A DNA stretch of 64,000 nt from NCBI GenBank assembly GCA_964536085.1, contig CAZHWR010000003.1, positions 1,540-65,539 on the forward strand, read 5' to 3'. The notes beneath the pieces are model-generated. The model did not search any database, was not told where the DNA came from, and saw nothing but the letters and a program-made list of their open reading frames with translations. A program made the position numbers and the translations under genes. Positions 37,127-50,433 of this stretch are shown piece after piece. The first letter of the stretch is position 1. Each line of letters opens with the position of its first letter. The stretch comes from an uncultured Oscillospiraceae bacterium (GTDB taxonomy: Bacteria; Bacillota; Clostridia; Oscillospirales; Ruminococcaceae).

Positions 37127-37143
37127 ACGCAGTACCTACTGCG
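37127..37143 (+). repeat. Right copy of 17-bp direct repeat (attR core) ACGCAGTACCTACTGCG
   Basis: Identical to 34482-34498. Confidence 0.9.
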
Positions 37144-37623
37144 GAGGGAGCGATCGCGATAGCCGTAGATCGTTTGCCCTTCACATTGTATGGTTCGGAA
37201 TGCATAGTCACCGGATTTGGAAGGATAGCCAAGGTGCTTGTTAGGCTTTTGACCGCGTTCGGCGCGCATGTAACGGTTTCGGTCAGAAAGCAGAGCGATC
37301 TTGCATGGGCGAAAATTTACGGCGCGGATGCGGTTAAAATATCGGGGCTTCCGAAAGCCGCAAAAAACGCGGACGTTATCTTCAACACCGTTCCCGCGGT
37401 ATTGTTTGACAAGCGCACTCTGCAGGTTTTAAAGAAAGACTGTCTTGTTATCGATCTTGCCTCGAAGCCGGGAGGAGTGGATTTCGACGCGGCCAAGGAG
37501 CTTTCGTTAAACACGGTGTGGGCGTTGTCGCTCCCCGGAAAATCCGCTCCTGTCAGCGCGGGCGCGATTATAAAAGACACGATCGGCAATATATTGTCGG
37601 AGTTGGATGAAGAAGAAATCTAA
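37144..37623 (+). CDS. dpaA: Dipicolinate synthase subunit A, 3' segment
   Basis: EGAIAIAVDRLPFTLYGSECIVTGFGRIAKVLVRLL (NAD-binding GxGxxA) ...IDLASKPGGVDF. In frame with the 5' segment across the repeat. No start codon or RBS of its own at the homology boundary. Confidence 0.9.
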   Translation, partial: EGAIAIAVDRLPFTLYGSECIVTGFGRIAKVLVRLLTAFGAHVTVSVRKQSDLAWAKIYGADAVKISGLPKAAKNADVIFNTVPAVLFDKRTLQVLKKDCLVIDLASKPGGVDFDAAKELSLNTVWALSLPGKSAPVSAGAIIKDTIGNILSELDEEEI

Positions 37624-37788
37624 AAAACAGGTCGAACACAGACGGACTTTGGCTTGCCCGTTGGCGGGGCTGTTCTGTGCTTTTAAGCTTTCGTCCGCGC
37701 GATTTGTTGTCTGCGGCGACGTTTGACCCAACTGCTCGGCGCAGGCCGCATTTGCGTTATTTGTGAAAGAAGGGAATGGTTATACAAA

Positions 37789-38358
37789 ATGGCAAAAACA
37801 AGGCTTGGATTTGCACTTTGCGGCTCGTTTTGCACCTTCAGCCGGGCAATATCTGAAATGGAGAAGCTGAGCGAGCGGTATGATATATATCCGATAATGT
37901 CGCAAAACGCGGCACAGACCGATACCCGTTTCGGAAAGGCGCACGAGCATATAGACAGGATAGAATCCATATGCGGTAAAAAAATAATAAGCGATATCTG
38001 CTCAGCGGAGCCTATAGGTCCGAAGGATATGATAGATATCCTTTTAATAGCACCCTGCACGGGAAATACTCTTGCAAAGCTTGCAAATTCTGTGACAGAC
38101 ACATCGGTAACGATGGCGGCAAAATCGCATTTAAGAGTTCAAAAGCCGGTCGTAGTCGCGCTTGCGAGCAACGACAGCCTTGCCGGAACAGCCAAAAATT
38201 TAGGGAATCTTTTGAATTATAAAAATTATTTCTTTGTTCCGTTTGGGCAGGATAATCCGGTTAAAAAACCGTTTTCTATTGTGGCGGATTTTGAAAAAAT
38301 TGATGAAACTTTGCAATTTGCGCTAAAAAAAGAACAAATTCAACCGATATTAATATGA
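37789..38358 (+). CDS. dpaB: Dipicolinate synthase subunit B (flavoprotein)
   Basis: MAKTRLGFALCGSFCTF...LLIAPCTGNTLAKLANSVTDTSVTMAAKSHLR matches DpaB/SpoVFB. Confidence 0.88.
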   Translation: MAKTRLGFALCGSFCTFSRAISEMEKLSERYDIYPIMSQNAAQTDTRFGKAHEHIDRIESICGKKIISDICSAEPIGPKDMIDILLIAPCTGNTLAKLANSVTDTSVTMAAKSHLRVQKPVVVALASNDSLAGTAKNLGNLLNYKNYFFVPFGQDNPVKKPFSIVADFEKIDETLQFALKKEQIQPILI

Positions 38359-38496
38359 TTTTGCGAACTGTATTAAAAACAATTTACAATTTATTCATCG
38401 ATTGCTTTTGAAAATTTGGTAATATTATTTTAGCAAAATGATTTAAGGATGGGTCAAAATGATGGGGGTAAAAATCTCACCAAGGGAGTTTTGAAA

Positions 38497-39729
38497 ATGG
38501 ACAATTTCGGAATCAGTAAGCTTGATTTGAAGCGAAGGAACAGAACGCAGGTTTTAAATATTTTAAGACAGTGCGGGTCTACATCGAGAATCGATATTGC
38601 TTCAGAACTTGATATCACCCGAGCTGCGGTTACTATAATAACCAACGAAATGATTGAGCAGGGCGTTATTTATGAAAAAGGCGAAGCTAATTACATGGGC
38701 AAGAAGCTTACCCGCGGAAGAAAAAAGATCCTTATTGACATTAACCCGAATTATAAATTTGTTTTCGGACTGACTGTGGACGGCGGCTTTATTTCTATAG
38801 GTCTTACAAATCTTGCGGGAGAAACGCTTGAAAAAATCCTTTTGGAGCTTGATCGCGAGTTGTCGCTCGAAGAGATGTTTTTAAAAATAGTTAAAAATAT
38901 CGAAATTATTAAACAAAACAATTGTCTGACGGACGACATGATACTCGGAATGGGTGTTTGCGTTTCTAAAGATCACTACAGAGATTTGAATATAAAAACA
39001 AACGGTCTGATTCCTGATTTTGCGTCGGTTAAGGCTTCGTTTGAAAAGCTGGTCGCATTTCCCGTAGTCGTTTCGGATACGGTCAATTCAATGGCTCAGG
39101 CGGAAATCGACTTCAATATGGACGGCGTTAAGCCGGACAATGTTATGTTTATAAGGTTCGGAAACGAAATCGACGCTTCCGTTCTCATCGATAACAAGCC
39201 ATACCGCGGATCCGGCAACAATGCAGTGAACATCGCTCATACCTCGATCAAGATGCAGGGCATAAAATGCCCCGAATGCGGTAAAGTCGGTTGTTTGGAT
39301 ACTGTTTGCAGCAAAAAAGCCATTCTCGAAAGAGTGCGCGAGGTTTATTCGGAAGAAGAGACCCCTGCGCTGTACGAAGCGACGGGCGGAAATGTTAACA
39401 ACTGCAATGTCATATTCACAAACTTGGAGCTTATGTATAAAGACAAAGAGGTCGCTAAAATATGCAAAGAAGCCGCTGAGTATTTTGTTATTGCAGTAAA
39501 TAACGCGATAACGCTTTTTGACCCTCAGCAGGTTGTGCTGTTCGGTAAGATATTTGATAACGATATGTTCTTTGATTTTATAAAAAAACACGTATGCGTA
39601 AGCGCAAAGTCATCGTCCGAAAGAAAACTGTACGTCAGCAGGTTTGACCTTAAAATCGGGTATCTTGCCGGCTGTTCGATAGCTATAAGAGAACTTTTTG
39701 TTAAAAAGGGCGGCTTTGACAGAGCATAA
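38497..39729 (+). CDS. ROK-family transcriptional regulator
   Basis: N-terminal wHTH (NRTQVLNILRQCGSTSRIDIASELDITRAAVTIITNEMI), then a sugar-kinase-like fold with the ROK Zn motif CPECGKVGCLD. RBS AAGGGAG. Confidence 0.8.
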   Translation: MDNFGISKLDLKRRNRTQVLNILRQCGSTSRIDIASELDITRAAVTIITNEMIEQGVIYEKGEANYMGKKLTRGRKKILIDINPNYKFVFGLTVDGGFISIGLTNLAGETLEKILLELDRELSLEEMFLKIVKNIEIIKQNNCLTDDMILGMGVCVSKDHYRDLNIKTNGLIPDFASVKASFEKLVAFPVVVSDTVNSMAQAEIDFNMDGVKPDNVMFIRFGNEIDASVLIDNKPYRGSGNNAVNIAHTSIKMQGIKCPECGKVGCLDTVCSKKAILERVREVYSEEETPALYEATGGNVNNCNVIFTNLELMYKDKEVAKICKEAAEYFVIAVNNAITLFDPQQVVLFGKIFDNDMFFDFIKKHVCVSAKSSSERKLYVSRFDLKIGYLAGCSIAIRELFVKKGGFDRA

Positions 39730-39767
39730 ACTGTGCAGAATAAAACGAAAAATCAATTTATATTTTA

Positions 39768-39798
39768 TAAAAAAGAGCGCCTACGGCGCTCTTTTTTG
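39768..39798 (+). terminator. Rho-independent terminator
   Basis: Stem AGAGCGCC / GGCGCTCT followed by a T-run. Confidence 0.85.
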
Positions 39799-40021
39799 CG
39801 GATCTAATTATATTGATAAAGACAAATCTGTTTGCCAATATATTTTCTGAATTATCTGTTTAATATTTAATCGTATATCTATACAAAAAATTCACAAACA
39901 ATAAATATAAAGAATATAAAAAACAGCCTGCGTTCGTTTGACTTTTTATGGAAAAAAGCATATAATCATGGGTAATGTATGTTTCGATTTTATTGGGAAG
40001 CAGTAATTGCAGGAGTGCCGG

Positions 40022-40407
40022 ATGTTATACTTTAAACGCGAAATAAAAACGGTTTGCATAGGTATACTCATAACAGATGTAATCGTTTTGGCGGCGTCGG
40101 TGTTTATGGGGGCGTTTAGCTTCAGCGTTATAATCGGCGCGGTTTTCGGGTCGGTTTTTTCCTGCCTGAAATTTATGCTGCTGATAACCGCGGTCATAAA
40201 CGCGGTATTAAGGCAGCCCGAGAAGGCAAAGTCGTATATGACTTTGCAGTATTTTATACGTTTTATTCTGACAGCGGCGGCGCTGGCGATTGCGGCGAGC
40301 GCCGATTATATTAATTTTATCGCGGCAGCGGCTCCGATGATTTCCGTCAGGATATCGGTTTCGTTTCTGCCGCTTGTGTATAAGAATGAAAAAGGGGGTG
40401 CAGACGA

Positions 40408-40411
<4 letters not shown>
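40022..40411 (+). CDS. atpI: ATP synthase subunit I-like small membrane protein
   Basis: Four hydrophobic helices, first gene of the atp operon, with a stop overlapping the atpB GTG. Confidence 0.65.
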
Positions 40412-41465
<1,054 letters not shown>

Positions 41466-41553
41466 TATCGTAGTGAAATCGGGAGGCGTTGTTTGGCGGC
41501 TTGCTTTCCCGGTAAAAGCGTTATTTTCGGCAAAATTGCAGTAGGAGAAATTT

Positions 41554-42066
41554 ATGAACGAAGCGTTTATAGATATAAATTGGTGGACGTGGATATTCAC
41601 CATTGCCAATCTTATTATACTTATGCTTATAATGCGAAAGCTTCTGTATAATCCTGTGAAAAAAATGCTCAATGAACGCCGCGAGGAGGTCGAACAGACC
41701 TATCAGGACGCGGATGATGCAAAAAAAGAGGCGGACGCGCTCAAATCAGAATATGAACAGCATTTGTTCAAAACCAAGCAGGAGGCAAACGAGCTTTTAG
41801 GAGCCGCTTCCAAAAAAGCGCAGGCGCGTTCGGATGAAATAATTTCCGAGGCGGAGCTTCGCGCCGCACAAATCATCGATAAGGCATCCGAGCGCACCGA
41901 ACGCGACAAAAAGCTTGCGGTAGCCGCCGCCAAGGACGAAATTGCCGATATGGCTATGATGGCGGCGGAAAAAATCGTGCGTTCGAGCCTTGATGAGGAA
42001 AAGCAGAGGCAGATGGTCGAGGATTTTATAAACGACCTTGACAATGTTGACCCGAAGGTTTGGTGA
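41554..42066 (+). CDS. atpF: F0F1 ATP synthase subunit b
   Basis: N-terminal TM helix followed by a long charged coiled coil, in the operon position. Confidence 0.88.
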   Translation: MNEAFIDINWWTWIFTIANLIILMLIMRKLLYNPVKKMLNERREEVEQTYQDADDAKKEADALKSEYEQHLFKTKQEANELLGAASKKAQARSDEIISEAELRAAQIIDKASERTERDKKLAVAAAKDEIADMAMMAAEKIVRSSLDEEKQRQMVEDFINDLDNVDPKVW

Positions 42067-42072
42067 TAAAGC

Positions 42073-44162
<2,090 letters not shown>

Positions 44163-44182
44163 TTATAAAGGAGTGAGACGAA

Positions 44183-45043
44183 GTGGCGGGAACAGGCACC
44201 AAAGAGATAAAGCACAGAATAAAGAGCGTTGAAAGCACAAGTCAGATAACGAAGGCCATGGAGCTCGTTGCGTCGTCCAAGCTCAAAAAGGCGAAGGAGC
44301 GGGCGGGAAAAAGTGCTCCTTATTTTGAGATTCTTAAAAGTACGATACGGGATATCGGCGCCATGAACAGCGAATTTGATTCGGTTTACACCGAGCAACG
44401 CGAAATAAAAAGCTCGCTTTTTATTGTTATCGCGGGCGACAGGGGGCTTGCCGGAGGATACAACGCCAATGTTTTTCGCGCGGCGAACGAGCTGTTTGAC
44501 GGCAAAAACGTCTCGGTGATACCGATAGGGAAAAAGGCGTGTGAATATTATTCAAAGCGCGGATTTCCAATAGTTAGTTCGTTCGAGGGAATAGGCGAGT
44601 ATATAGATTTCGAGCTTTCGGCGGATATCGCAAAGGCGGCTTTGGACGAATATCTGGCGGGTCGTGCGGACGAAATATATGTTATTTACACAAAGTTTGT
44701 TTCACCTCTTACGCAGAAAACCGAGTATGAAAAGCTGATTCCGTTTTCAGACGGTTCAGACGGCAAGGGCAAAGCTCCTTCTCAGCTGACGCTTTACGAG
44801 CCGAGCGCGCAGGCGGTTTTTGACAGCATAATTCCCGATTATGTGAGCGGATTTGTTCTTGGCGCAGTGATAGAGTCGTTTGCCTCGGAGCAGGGCGCAA
44901 GAAGGACGGCTATGGAATCCGCAAACGACAACGCCGAGCAGATGATCGAGGAACTGAAGCTCAGCTTCAACCGTGCAAGGCAGGGCGCGATAACGCAGGA
45001 GCTCACCGAAATTGTCTCGGGCGCGGCTTCGAGCAAGAGCTAA
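44183..45043 (+). CDS. atpG: F0F1 ATP synthase subunit gamma
   Basis: IKSVESTSQITKAMELVASSKL N-terminus and ITQELTEIVSGA C-terminus. GTG start. Confidence 0.93.
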   Translation: MAGTGTKEIKHRIKSVESTSQITKAMELVASSKLKKAKERAGKSAPYFEILKSTIRDIGAMNSEFDSVYTEQREIKSSLFIVIAGDRGLAGGYNANVFRAANELFDGKNVSVIPIGKKACEYYSKRGFPIVSSFEGIGEYIDFELSADIAKAALDEYLAGRADEIYVIYTKFVSPLTQKTEYEKLIPFSDGSDGKGKAPSQLTLYEPSAQAVFDSIIPDYVSGFVLGAVIESFASEQGARRTAMESANDNAEQMIEELKLSFNRARQGAITQELTEIVSGAASSKS

Positions 45044-45052
45044 ACCTATTAA

Positions 45053-46465
<1,413 letters not shown>

Positions 46466-46540
46466 AATCGGGCGTCTGTGTGAAAGCAGCGCTTTATTAA
46501 GTCCACGCCTGCAAATCAACGCAAAGGAATGGTGCTTACA

Positions 46541-46948
46541 ATGGCGGAAGCAACGTCGGTATATCATTTGAAAATCGTAACGCCGGACAGATTGTTTTTC
46601 GACGGCGAGGTTGAGAATATCATCGTCCCCGCCGTGGACGGCGACGTCGGAATTTTAAAGGGGCATATAAATTACGTCACTCCGCTTTCCACCGGCGCGC
46701 TAAAAATCCTTGCGGACGGTGAATGGAAGCTCGCCGCGCTTTCGGGCGGATTTCTGAAGGTGGAAAAAAGCGGTGCGGTTATCGTGGCGAACACCTGTGA
46801 GTGGAAAGACGAAATCGACGTTGAGCGCGCGCGGCGCGCAGAGCAAAAGGCGCGCAGCATTCTTGACGCAAAAGAGTCAGACAAGCGTGCGCAGTACGCC
46901 GAGCAAAAGCTGAAAAAGGCGCTAAACAGAATAAACATCGCAACATAG
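46541..46948 (+). CDS. atpC: F0F1 ATP synthase subunit epsilon
   Basis: A beta-sandwich plus a helical hairpin (..ERARRAEQKARSIL..). The ATG at 46541 is better spaced from AAAGGA than the one at 46529. Confidence 0.88.
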   Translation: MAEATSVYHLKIVTPDRLFFDGEVENIIVPAVDGDVGILKGHINYVTPLSTGALKILADGEWKLAALSGGFLKVEKSGAVIVANTCEWKDEIDVERARRAEQKARSILDAKESDKRAQYAEQKLKKALNRINIAT

Positions 46949-46965
46949 GTATAATTCTATTGCAA

Positions 46966-47000
46966 ACTCCCGCGGCAAAATTATCTGCCGCGGGAATTTG
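46966..47000 (+). terminator. atp operon terminator
   Basis: Stem TCCCGCGGCA / TGCCGCGGGA. Confidence 0.75.
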
Positions 47001-47061
47001 AATATCTAAAACAGCTTGCCGAGATAAAAATATTTTATATTCAATATATCGAATAAATGTG

Positions 47062-47090
47062 TTGACAACGATTGGTAAAACGAGTATAAT
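47062..47090 (+). promoter_or_regulatory. Consensus SigA promoter TTGACA-N17-TATAAT
   Basis: TTGACA at 47062-47067 and TATAAT at 47085-47090, with a 17-nt spacer. Confidence 0.7.
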
Positions 47091-47120
47091 ACGTTTAGTT
47101 AGCCGAAGCTAACTAAACGT
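47091..47120. promoter_or_regulatory. Operator 1: 30-bp perfect palindrome ACGTTTAGTTAGC-CGAA-GCTAACTAAACGT
   Basis: Begins immediately after the -10 hexamer. Shares the half-site TAGTTAGC-N4-GCTAACTA with operator 2. Confidence 0.65.
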
Positions 47121-47204
47121 ATTATAGCGCCTTGACAGCTTTTTCGGTAAATGCACTTAAAATGATTCTCAAATGCACGGCAGGAGGATTTTTATTTTTG
47201 CAGG

Positions 47205-47228
47205 TCTAGTTAGCATATGCTAACTAGA
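47205..47228. promoter_or_regulatory. Operator 2: 24-bp perfect palindrome TCTAGTTAGC-ATAT-GCTAACTAGA
   Basis: Its centre lies 111 bp from the centre of operator 1, about 66 nt upstream of the flavodoxin ATG. Confidence 0.65.
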
Positions 47229-47293
47229 TTCGACTGATAAAGCGGACGGCGGTTTGAACCAATCAAAATTTATCCGGGAAGGAAGATGCATTT

Positions 47294-47716
47294 ATGAGTA
47301 AGGTTGCTGTTGTTTATTGGAGTTCAACAGGAAACACAGAGGCGATGGCTTATGCCGTAGCCAAGGGAGTTGAGGAAAAAGGAGGAGAAGCGGTTTTAAA
47401 AACAGCGGCTGAGTTTGACGCTTCAATGATGGACGAATATTCCGCGGTTGCGTTCGGGTGCCCGTCGATGGGCTCGGAGCAGCTGGAGGAAAGCGAATTT
47501 GAGCCGATGTTTACCGCATGCGAAGCAAAGCTTAACGGCAAAAAAATAGCGCTGTTCGGCTCTTACGGCTGGGGCGACGGCGAATGGATGAGAAATTGGG
47601 AGGAGCTTTGCACAAGCGACGGCGCGCAGCTTGCCGCACCATGCGTTATATGCAACGAATCGCCGGATGACGATGCGGTTGCCGAGTGCAAGGCGCTGGG
47701 AGCGGCTCTCGTATAA
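47294..47716 (+). CDS. Short-chain flavodoxin
   Basis: FMN-binding loop VAVVYWSSTGNTE and FGSYGWGDGEWM. 140 aa. Confidence 0.9.
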   Translation: MSKVAVVYWSSTGNTEAMAYAVAKGVEEKGGEAVLKTAAEFDASMMDEYSAVAFGCPSMGSEQLEESEFEPMFTACEAKLNGKKIALFGSYGWGDGEWMRNWEELCTSDGAQLAAPCVICNESPDDDAVAECKALGAALV

Positions 47717-47805
47717 GAATTTAGCAGTCAGTTTATAAAGGATAAGGGAAAATCCGCCTCAGGCAGCGGCTTTCAGGGGATTGTGTATACATATTTATAA
47801 ATAAA

Positions 47806-47850
47806 AAAGACAAAAATGCTCGTAATCCGTTAGGATTACGAGCATTTTTA
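47806..47850. terminator. Bidirectional terminator
   Basis: Stem AAAATGCTCGTAATCC / GGATTACGAGCATTTT between convergent genes. Confidence 0.85.
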
Positions 47851-47933
47851 ATGAGATTACGAGTCAAATCAACAAATACGGGCAGCTATTCTTTACATGA
47901 GACTGCCCTCATTCCGTTTTTTGCTTACGGTAA

Positions 47934-49331
47934 TTATTTGCTTTCCGATTTGCCTTTGATATATTCGTCGATAGCCTTTGCTGCGGTTTTTCCTGCGCCC
48001 ATAGCCAGAATGACCGTGGCTGCGCCGGTTACGGCGTCCCCTCCGGCGAAAACTCCCTCGCGGGAGGTGGCTCCCGACTCATCTGCTATGATACCGCCCC
48101 ATTTTTGAGTTTCAAGTCCTTCAGTGGTGGATTTTATAAGCGGATTTGGCGACGTTCCGATTGCCATGATAACGCAGTCGAGACCGATTGTAAATTCGGA
48201 GTTTTCCTTTACTACAGGGCGGCGTCGTCCGGAAGCGTCCGGCTCGCCGAGCTCCATTTCCACGCATTTTATCCCGCCCACGGATTTGTTTTCATCCGCT
48301 AAAATCTCGGTGGGATTTGTCAGGATTTTGAAGATGATTCCTTCCTCTTTTGCGTGCTCGACTTCCTCCGCGCGGGCGGGAAGCTCCGCTTCACTGCGGC
48401 GGTAAACGACATATACCTCATCTGCGCCGAGACGTTTTGCGCTGCGCGCCGCGTCCATAGCGACGTTTCCTCCGCCTACGACGGCGACTTTTTTAGCGTG
48501 CATAATGGGAGTATGAGAATCGTCCTTATACGATTTCATAAGATTTACGCGGGTCAAAAATTCATTTGCGGAGTAAACACCTTTGAGATTTTCGCCGGGG
48601 ATGTTCATAAACCGCGGAAGTCCTGCGCCGGAGCCAATGTAGACCGATTCAAAGCCCATTTCAAAAAGCTCGTCTATCGATAAAATCTTTCCGATGACCA
48701 TGTTGGTTTCGACCTTGACTCCGAGTTGTTTAAGCGTGTCGATTTCCTTTTGGACGATCGCCTTCGGAAGTCTGAATTCCGGGATTCCGTAAACCAGTAC
48801 TCCGCCTGCAAGGTGAAGCGCTTCGAATACGGTTACATCGTAACCGAGCTTTGCAAGGTCGCCCGCACAGGTGAGTCCCGATGGTCCCGAGCCGATTATC
48901 GCCACCTTGTGACCGTTTTTTTCTGGAATCTCGGGGGCTTCGGATGAGTTTGCATTGTGCCAGTCGGCGACAAAGCGTTCGAGCCTGCCTATAGCCACGG
49001 GCTCGCTTTTGATTCCTCTAACGCATTTTTGCTCGCACTGTGACTCCTGCGGACATACTCTTCCGCAAACGGCGGGCAAAGAGGAGGATTTTGAAATTAT
49101 CTGGTAAGCTTTTTCAAAGTTGCGGTTTGCGACTTCAGATATAAATTTCGGAATATCAATGCAAACGGGGCATCCGTTTTGGCAGGGCTTGTGCTTGCAG
49201 TTCAAGCAGCGGTTTGCTTCGCTGACAGCGTCTTCTTCGGAATAGCCCAAAGCGACCTCAAGGAAGTTTTTGTTTCTGACGTCGGGTGCCTGAGATGGCA
49301 TTTCATGCCTCGGTGTTTTCATGTCCGGCAA
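47934..49331 (-). CDS. nfnB: NADH-dependent reduced ferredoxin:NADP+ oxidoreductase large subunit (GltD-like)
   Basis: N-terminal Cys clusters (CLNCKHKPCQNGCPV), FAD/NAD(P) folds (KVAIIGSGPSGLTCAGDL, KVAVVGGGNVAMDAAR), and pairing with the PyrK-like subunit. Confidence 0.85.
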   Translation of the reverse strand: MPDMKTPRHEMPSQAPDVRNKNFLEVALGYSEEDAVSEANRCLNCKHKPCQNGCPVCIDIPKFISEVANRNFEKAYQIISKSSSLPAVCGRVCPQESQCEQKCVRGIKSEPVAIGRLERFVADWHNANSSEAPEIPEKNGHKVAIIGSGPSGLTCAGDLAKLGYDVTVFEALHLAGGVLVYGIPEFRLPKAIVQKEIDTLKQLGVKVETNMVIGKILSIDELFEMGFESVYIGSGAGLPRFMNIPGENLKGVYSANEFLTRVNLMKSYKDDSHTPIMHAKKVAVVGGGNVAMDAARSAKRLGADEVYVVYRRSEAELPARAEEVEHAKEEGIIFKILTNPTEILADENKSVGGIKCVEMELGEPDASGRRRPVVKENSEFTIGLDCVIMAIGTSPNPLIKSTTEGLETQKWGGIIADESGATSREGVFAGGDAVTGAATVILAMGAGKTAAKAIDEYIKGKSESK

Positions 49332-50174
49332 TTATAAAACCTCCTTTTTATACAGATTACAAGTTTTTTCACGCGCATTTTTTTCAAATTCCGCATACAT
49401 TCTGGAGCGTTCGATAGCTTCGTCAAAGTCGACCTTATGACCGTCAAAATCCGGACCGTCAACGCAGGCAAACTTGGTTTCGCCGCCGACAGTAAGGCGG
49501 CAGCCGCCGCACATACCTGTTCCGTCTATCATAATTGGGTTCATGCTTACTACGGTTTTAACATTGTATTCTTTTGTAAGCGCGCAGACGAATTTCATCA
49601 TAATTAAAGGACCGATTGTAATAACCTCGTCGTACTGCTCGCCGCTTTCGATAAGCTTGCGCAAAGCGTCGGTCACCAGACCCTTTTCGCCGCGGCTTCC
49701 GTCGTCTGTCATCAAAACGAACTTTTCGGACGACGTTTTAAATTCATCCTCTAAAATTACGAGATCCTTATTTCTGAATCCGACTACGGAATGAACCTCA
49801 CAACCCAGCGCATTGAGCTTTTTGGCTATAGGATATGCTATCGCGCAGCCGACTCCGCCGCCCACGACGGCGACTTTTTTAAGACCGTCGGTTTCGGAGG
49901 CAACGCCTAAGGGACCTACAAAGTCGGTAATATATTCGCCTTCGTTTTTATGGTTGAGAATTTCGGTTGTTGCGCCTACTATCTGGAAGATTATTGTAAC
50001 CGTTCCTTTGTCGCGGTCAAAATCAGCGATCGTAAGGGGGATTCTTTCGCCGTCGTCAGTTACCCTTAAAATAATGAACTGACCGGGCTCGGCTTTTTTT
50101 GCGATAAACGGAGCTTCAATTTCCATTAAAGTAACAGTGGGATTGAGCTCGCGTTTTTTAACGATTTTGTACAT
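49332..50174 (-). CDS. nfnA: NADH-dependent reduced ferredoxin:NADP+ oxidoreductase small subunit (PyrK-like FAD/[2Fe-2S])
   Basis: Ferredoxin-reductase fold (GQFIILR, VVGGGVGCA) and C-terminal CGGCRL...C. Directly abuts nfnB. Confidence 0.85.
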   Translation of the reverse strand: MYKIVKKRELNPTVTLMEIEAPFIAKKAEPGQFIILRVTDDGERIPLTIADFDRDKGTVTIIFQIVGATTEILNHKNEGEYITDFVGPLGVASETDGLKKVAVVGGGVGCAIAYPIAKKLNALGCEVHSVVGFRNKDLVILEDEFKTSSEKFVLMTDDGSRGEKGLVTDALRKLIESGEQYDEVITIGPLIMMKFVCALTKEYNVKTVVSMNPIMIDGTGMCGGCRLTVGGETKFACVDGPDFDGHKVDFDEAIERSRMYAEFEKNAREKTCNLYKKEVL

Positions 50175-50370
50175 TGCGTGTTCACTCTCTTTAATACATT
50201 AAAAATACATCCCGCCAAAGGCAGACATATATATTATATATTTAATTTGCAAATCTGTAAAGAAGATTTGCGCACAGCGTCAAAAAAATATGATTTTGGC
50301 GGGTTATGGGAAAACATGCAGTATAAGAAAGCTATTAATATCCCCCAGGCTTTGTTTCCTGTTTTTTCAG

Positions 50371-50399
50371 TTGACTTTGCATTGTAAAAGTTATATACT
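50371..50399 (+). promoter_or_regulatory. dinB promoter TTGACT-N17-TATACT
   Basis: TTGACT at 50371-50376 and TATACT at 50394-50399. Confidence 0.55.
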
Positions 50400-50407
50400 A
50401 TTTTCGA

Positions 50408-50419
50408 GAACAAATGTTT
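50408..50419. promoter_or_regulatory. LexA (Cheo/SOS) box GAACAAATGTTT
   Basis: GAAC-N4-GTTT lies immediately downstream of the -10 hexamer and 15 nt upstream of the dinB GTG. One mismatch to the Firmicute consensus GAAC-N4-GTTC. Confidence 0.6.
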
Positions 50420-50433
50420 GTAAGGTGAACGCT

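Larger units (their letters stand above)
34499..37143. mobile_element. 2,645-bp intervening element in dpaA: serine recombinase plus Wzx-type flippase cassette
   Basis: Bounded by 17-bp direct repeats. Removing one repeat plus the intervening DNA restores the dpaA reading frame exactly (..NAVPTA|EGAIAIAVDRLPF..). Confidence 0.85.

Noticed and set aside
34482-37143. The dpaA insert as an ordinary IS element or transposon with a target-site duplication
   Set aside because: It has no DDE transposase and no terminal inverted repeats. A 17-bp duplication that is itself a palindromic core with an asymmetric centre fits serine-recombinase att sites rather than a TSD.
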